Of a stretch of DNA of 64,000 nucleotides, positions 57,911 through 64,000 are shown piece by piece. Source of the stretch: Bispira polyomma (taxonomy: Eukaryota); NCBI GenBank assembly GCA_965649765.1, contig OZ287752.1:46934001-46998000 (forward strand), read 5' to 3'. Under the pieces are notes generated by a model. That model was not told the origin of the DNA. It was given only the letters and a program-made list of their open reading frames with translations, and made no database searches. The position numbers were made by a program, and so were the translations under genes. Position 1 is the stretch's first letter. Each line of letters opens with the position of its first letter.

Positions 57911-58949
57911 CGGGTCAAGTGGTCAAAAACATTGCAAACTAGGTATGGAGTAAAGATATGCTGGCTGTGGTTCCAGTGGAAGTCAAAGATCACCTGTTTC
58001 TGGTCCACACTTACTGACTCTATGGGAAGCAAAGAAAACACTTCAATAAAACACTTATATTAGTATTTTATTGCGGGAATGGTCATGATTCATCATTGAT
58101 CATTGTGGTCAGTGTTTGCAGACCACTAGCCCTCACCATTTATGTCAGGTGACCTGCATTGCTAACTAGGGAAGGCGCCAATCTTCCATTGTTAATTCGG
58201 AAGTTGAAGTGTAATTATAACTTTTTTACATTATTTATTTCTTTTTATGATATACACCTATAGTTATTATGGGTAAACAAATTGTTCATTGTTCTGTTTA
58301 TTGACGGCAAAGCAGAATATAGATGCACTTATAGTGCATTTGTGTGTGGATCTCAACAGCAAATAGTGCCTGCTACAGCCATGATGAGATCAATTACCCG
58401 AGGCCTGAACAAGCTGCTAGTATGGAAGTCTAAGGTGGAGAATTGCCTGTTCCTTACATGTTGACCACCACTGTCTCCTCATATATATATATTCGGATCC
58501 CATCACAAGCTACTCTGTCCACGCTCCTGCATACGGCATTCCGTATACATGTGCAAGGGGCTTAAGTACTTGATGTCAGCCCGAGACAGCTGACACTTAA
58601 CCTCAAAATGTTGGTAAACACCCCCCCCCTTTTCCCCCCTTTTTTCTTAATAAGTTACATGGGTAACATAAGTTCAGGTGTCACCCCTTTCCTTATATAA
58701 ACTCATGTTTAGGGCTTTTCAGCATAAAAATTTATCTGCTGGGAGAAGTGCTGTTGCAATTATGATTTGCATTTCATGCTTGTTTTGGTTTTTCTGGCTT
58801 ACTAGTTTGGGGACATCTTTCTTTTTTCCCCGCACTTTTAGCATGGTTTACTTTACAAAATTTCATCTTGTTTTTTTTTTTGTTTTAAAAATTTCATTAT
58901 TTATCAAATATTCTTAAACTTATACGTACCAAACTAGTACAAGCGTGGA

Positions 58950-60600
58950 CTGCACAAGTCTCACGGTATGCTTTCAGAAAACTTGAACAATTCTTGAAAC
59001 TCTTTGTAGATTTGTTTTGCGATGGTTTTAACAATGACGGAAAAATTTAAGAATAAGCAGAAAGCGTAACCTAGCGAGGACGTTGTGGACACGCAAACTA
59101 CCAATAAATTGGATATTATTTTGAATAAATTGCAAAGACTTGAGGAGGACATGACGGATGCAAACAGTAGCAACGAAAGTCACTTTATTGCTCCAACTGC
59201 TTTCACTTCTCACAGTTTGCCTGTATGACCGGGGTATATGCAGGATCGTTAGCAGTACTTTGATAAACAATTAGATTTATCCTCTATTCGTAGGCGACTA
59301 CGAGATTTACATTAGGACAGTGATTTCCACTGACGTGATGTGCATGATTGACATGACAACATTCTGCCCATCCAGAGATACCTTACGACTAATGAGGACA
59401 TTCAGGCACAAGTGCAAAAGCGTCTTGAGAGACACATATGTCAGTATCTTTAGTCTCCTGAGCATGGTAAGCCCAAGATTAAGTATAGTTTACATAGAAT
59501 TGCCGAGAATTGTGTAAAGCATATAGTTAGCTGGCCCCATGAGCTTTGTTATATCAAGTCTAATAAAATCAGCGATCATATGATGAGCTCACCCCCATTA
59601 TGTGGTTCCAGGGTTACCTGGCGTGTGTGTAAAGAAAATAGTAGTCATATTTGGGACAACATGCTAAAATATGGCATGCAATTGATGTGTAATGCCCTTG
59701 AAACATCTTGGTTTACAGTCAAAATGGCTCATTGCCAGCTTTTGCTGAAAATGGAGAAGGAAAAAAATAAATTAGGAAGATATTTATGATGTGCACGATC
59801 CGTGTGCTAGACTGACACAACGTACCCTTGAAGGTAATTCAGCTCAAGAGAATGGAAAAGGGGCTGAGGATAAAAGTAAAGAGAAAAGTACCACTGTGAT
59901 GTGCGGTGCGTTTAACAAGGGTACATGCTGGAGGCAAGTTTTAAAAGGGGATAGTGATGTCCTTCTACCTGAGTACTTGGATTTTGGCTTCCCTCTTGAC
60001 ATTAATACTGAAGGTTTTGTCTTCAATGAACGGGTTAAATATCATGATAGCGTTGGAATTTCCAAATAGTGTGGATGATTATTCCATCAATATGCGCCTG
60101 CATAAAACTATTGCTGGCCCATTTGAGGAAAACCCTATAGACAGACACATTGCTCCCCAGTTAAGACTTGTCATGGCCCCATGACGCCCCTTCTGTAAAT
60201 AGAAGGGGATTTGCTTTGACGCTCCCCACTATTCACATGTTGGTGGACTGGAATAACGACATCGAACCTACTGCTAAATTGTATAAAACTGATCTCTCCC
60301 GCACTTTTAGGAACTTAAGGATTGATCCTTATTGCTATCAATATGCGGGACCGAAATGGAGAGACCAAATTTTTTGTTGCTTTGGCAGTTATGATTTGCT
60401 ATAAGCATGGCACGGCCATTTGTGAGCGAGTCACTGACAGCATACATGGCAAAATGAAAAAAAATTCCTTCCATATTTGGAATTATATCGATGACCTAGT
60501 ATCAGCAGAGCCTTGTGGAAAGGCTTGTGGCTCTTTTCAATGCTTGTACTAATTGAATAAATTTCTCGGTCTGCCGATTAACCCCAAAAAGGTGTGTGAG
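58950..60600 (+). mobile_element. DIRS/Ngaro-like gag-RT remnant
   Basis: LPEYLDFGFPLD, LSWPHD..SVN, FALTLPTI, LYKTDLSRTFRNLRIDP, YKHGTAICERVTDSI, WNYIDDLV, LGLPINPKK. Confidence 0.8.
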
Positions 60601-60649
60601 TTCAATAAGAGTGAGTTCAAATATTTGATTAGTGTTGCATGTGTTATAC

Positions 60650-62000
60650 GTTAATTACCCACGGCGGATCTTCCTTGCATGTGTTTAGTTAATCATAGTC
60701 AAATATTTATTTAGTGTCACCGGGTGTGAGGTTGAAGAAGAAGCAGAAGAGCACTCAGCCTTTGATGCCAGAGGTCGAGGAGCCTGAGCCTCTGCCTGTC
60801 GTTAAGAAGGCCATAGGGGAGGAGGCAGCTAAAGAAGTTACATCTGCTGCTTCTGGTGCTTCAAAATGGCTGACTGGTTCCATGGCACAGTCTGAGAGTG
60901 AAGAGCTTGGCGGGAAACAGGAAAGGTGAAGGAGATGATCTTCCACCACTTATCAGCGGCGGCGGCAAAAGAAAGAACAGGCCGAAGACCCATGTCAACC
61001 TAGGGAATAAGCATGAGGACACCATGGCCGAATTCCTGAAGGCCCACCCATTTTTTTCCAGAAAGAGCCTTAAGGATACAAAGGCATACAGAAGAAGAGG
61101 TGGGCCATCCAGGCCACAAGACCCCCGCCAAGCTTAACATTTGATGGCACTCCATGAGGATCAGATACGGAAAGCCAACCAAGACGGCTTCCGGGAGCGG
61201 GGACCACAGAGCGCACCAAGAGGAACAATTGGATACTGAAGAATTTCCACTTCCTCAAGGGGAATATTCCCCACAATGTTGGGCGGGTGAGCTGTGGTGT
61301 AAACATCTTTTGATTTATTATTACTGTAGTAAAAAATGTAGTAAGAAATGCAATATATAACGCAATGTAATGTAAAATAATAATAAGATTGAATGTAATT
61401 TTTATATTGTATATAGTATATTAGTATATATATTGATTTAATATTGTACTAAAAATGTAATAATAATGTAATGGTGATGTAAAATTTAAATAGTAATAAG
61501 ATCTCTGTATAGTATCTTGGTATATATATTGTGATTGTAAATTTTAATATAAATTGTATTCAGGCCAGTGCAGACATATTTCATTACAAACTTTCGGTTT
61601 AGATCAGCTGAATAGATTTTTTTAATTTTATATTATTTATCAGCTGTGGTTTAATCTTTATTGTTACAGCTGAGGGAGCCATGCTAGGGAGACCTGCCCC
61701 AGGAGACCCTATTACCCCTTATGCGGAGCTAGTCTTCTCACCTATTCGGCCTGGGGAAGAAGATGACACCCGCACACTCTTCACAGCCAGGCAGTTTAAA
61801 GGGCGACTGCTCCATTGGGGAGGACGAGATCCTGCAGGATATGAAGGAGAGGTGGCCCATTGGTGTTGGGCGAAAGCCAGTTGGACATATCATTAGGGGC
61901 CATAGTGACACCCCCACCCTGGCCACTCGGTTCACAGCAAGGGGATGATGATGGTGTCATCCGTCGTCAACAGTCGTCGTAAGCCAACAGTCAAGAGTCA
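60650..62000 (+). mobile_element. Probable Harbinger Myb/SANT-like ORF remnant
   Basis: EDTMAEFLKAHPFF..K..KD resembles the accessory ORF at ~45530. GC-richer patches are separated by AT-rich spacers. Confidence 0.4.
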
Positions 62001-63559
62001 ACATTCAACAGTCAACAGTCATCAGTGTTATTAATTAAGTTGATGGGACATTGGGCAGTGATATTCATTAAGTGTTCTTTTTATTAATTAAGTTGAGGTG
62101 ATTGGCCATTGGACAGTAAACAAACAATTAAGGTTTTTTTTTTTTTTATTAATTAAGTTGATGGGACATTGGACAGTGAACATTGAAGAGTGATATTAAT
62201 TTTTTTATTATTTATGTTTCCTGCCAGAAAGATTGTAAATTTGTAAGACTAAAGAAATATTTTTCAGTTAAAATTGTGTTGTCTACCTTTAAATAACCCA
62301 GAAATAAATTCACCACCCTGACCTCATGAACTTATAAGGCATAATAAAGCTTGGCATTCCAAAGGATGTCAAAGTCAAGTCTTTTTAGCTATAATCTTGG
62401 ATTGTTTCTTGGTTCTCCTTGGTAATATCTTGGAAACCGCAGCCTCTTGGAATATTACTCTTACCCTACGCTTCCTTTTAGGATGTTTTTTCTCGACCGA
62501 TGTCGGCCGATTATATAAGTCATTACAATATGACCAAGTGCTTCTTTTTATCATATTTGCAACACAGTTCCCAGGAACCAGGTATGAACTAGTTATTCAT
62601 ATATTTATCAACAGAGAAAGATTGCGGTTCATAATTTTATTAGTACACTACAGGGTTAAAACTACTATGTACAGTTTCTCATTAAGAAGAGGGGCATAAG
62701 GTAACCTTAAGAAAGCAACAAATTTTAAGGTCACCATAGAACAAGGGATTGTCAAGATGAGGTTACCCTAAGTGAGATTTCAAATTTAAGTTAGGGTGAC
62801 CATAAGTTAGGAACAGAAAAAGGTGACCATAAATGGAATTTAAGTTTAAGAAATTCAATTCTTTGAAGAGCCATGACCTAATCGAACAGTTCTATAAAGT
62901 GTGTCCATCAAATGCTATTAATATAATGAATGGAAGATTAGTTTTTTGGGCCTTATATAGTGACCTGTCCAGATTTCCTTATCTTAATCCCCTGCCAAAT
63001 ACCTCAGGATATGTCACGATCCTGACCAAAAACCCTGCTGATCAGCAAATTGTATTGAGCATGTAGTCAAATGTACAAGGTACACACAATACACACATGT
63101 CTTGCAATGATCGCAGCGAGTGATAGATCGCAATACACAAAACCTAATGCGGTTGTGCAGCTGGAAAAAAAACGCAATGGTTACTTATACAAGCACCCAT
63201 AAATTGTACGGTCGTGTAGCTTCAAAGTAAACATTTAATGATCATGTTACACTCCCCCTCATAATTAGCATGACCATATTTGGAAGGCCAGAGCATGTGG
63301 GAAATTTCACCTGGCAGCAAACTGTGAGTGATTTCCACTTGTTTGGTGTCTGCAGGCATTTCCAGACCTCGGCACGATATTCCTCATGTATCGCAACGCA
63401 CACTTCCCTGGTCATTTTTTGAGATTGTAATGATTCTATTACACTCCTCCTCATATGTAGCATGACCATATTTGGATTTTTGGGGTGATCAACGTACATT
63501 TTTATCACAGGGGGTAAGCAGTCAAAATCGAAAGGCCAACGTAAAAGTGGGAGTCTCCC

Positions 63560-63900
63560 TTTAGGTAGTTGTCCACGTGGGTGGGTATGTTTAGCTAAAA
63601 GGTAATTAATTGGGTCTGATCTGGTCCCTAGGTCCCTATTATAGTCAAGAGGGAACCTAAACTTTATCAGCAAGGAGAGTTCCCAGTCTTAGTAGTCTTT
63701 GAGATATGCCCCCCATAAGTTGTGACTTAAGAGGTACTTTAAGAGGTACAAGTATTGGTCAGTGGAGCGGTCAGTAATTATGTCCCCCATGTCACTGAGA
63801 GGAATAAAACTGAATTTTAATTTGTTTTTAATGTCCCAGAGTTTTTAAGTATTACAGTGAGAGGCCAACGTATACTTGTCATATTGTACATTATCAGGGG
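63560..63900 (-). mobile_element. DIRS/Ngaro-like RT N-terminal fragment
   Basis: WGAYLKDY*DWELSLLIKFRFPLDYNR is homologous to the FGFPL motifs at ~4210 and ~59980. Confidence 0.65.
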
Positions 63901-64000
63901 GAAAGTACAGGAATTAACATCTAAATATATTTAAAATCACTTTTGAAACACAGCTACTTACAAAAATGGTTTACCTACATTAATAATAATAGGTAACATT

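Overview
AT-rich eukaryotic (invertebrate metazoan, plausibly lophotrochozoan) genomic DNA with one 281-N assembly gap. Three spliced host genes can be assembled by hand with GT-AG sites and matching intron phases. One is a + strand Ikaros/Pegasus/Hunchback-type zinc-finger gene (8839-11229, 3 coding exons, ~415 aa) that has the C-terminal dimerisation finger pair but only one other finger. The other two are tandem, diverged, 10-exon tetraspanin paralogs on the - strand (A: 29386-11713, ~356 aa; B: 54866-34430, ~339 aa). The rest is mostly decayed mobile DNA: a Gypsy LTR element carrying a tRNA-derived SINE and sitting in a 44-bp satellite, several DIRS/Ngaro-like tyrosine-recombinase retroelement remnants, a PIF/Harbinger element with a related MITE, L1/Tx1-, L2- and CR1/RTE-X-like LINE fragments, and foldback/MITE elements. 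The most unusual signal is that at least four unrelated intronic tandem arrays are amplified copies of the adjacent exon-intron junction. One of them (68-bp unit, ~19 copies) reads as a row of in-frame 15-nt candidate microexons (ag|GCWGD or GYQGD|gtgagg) inside the tetraspanin large extracellular loop. All gene models are manual and have no transcript support here.
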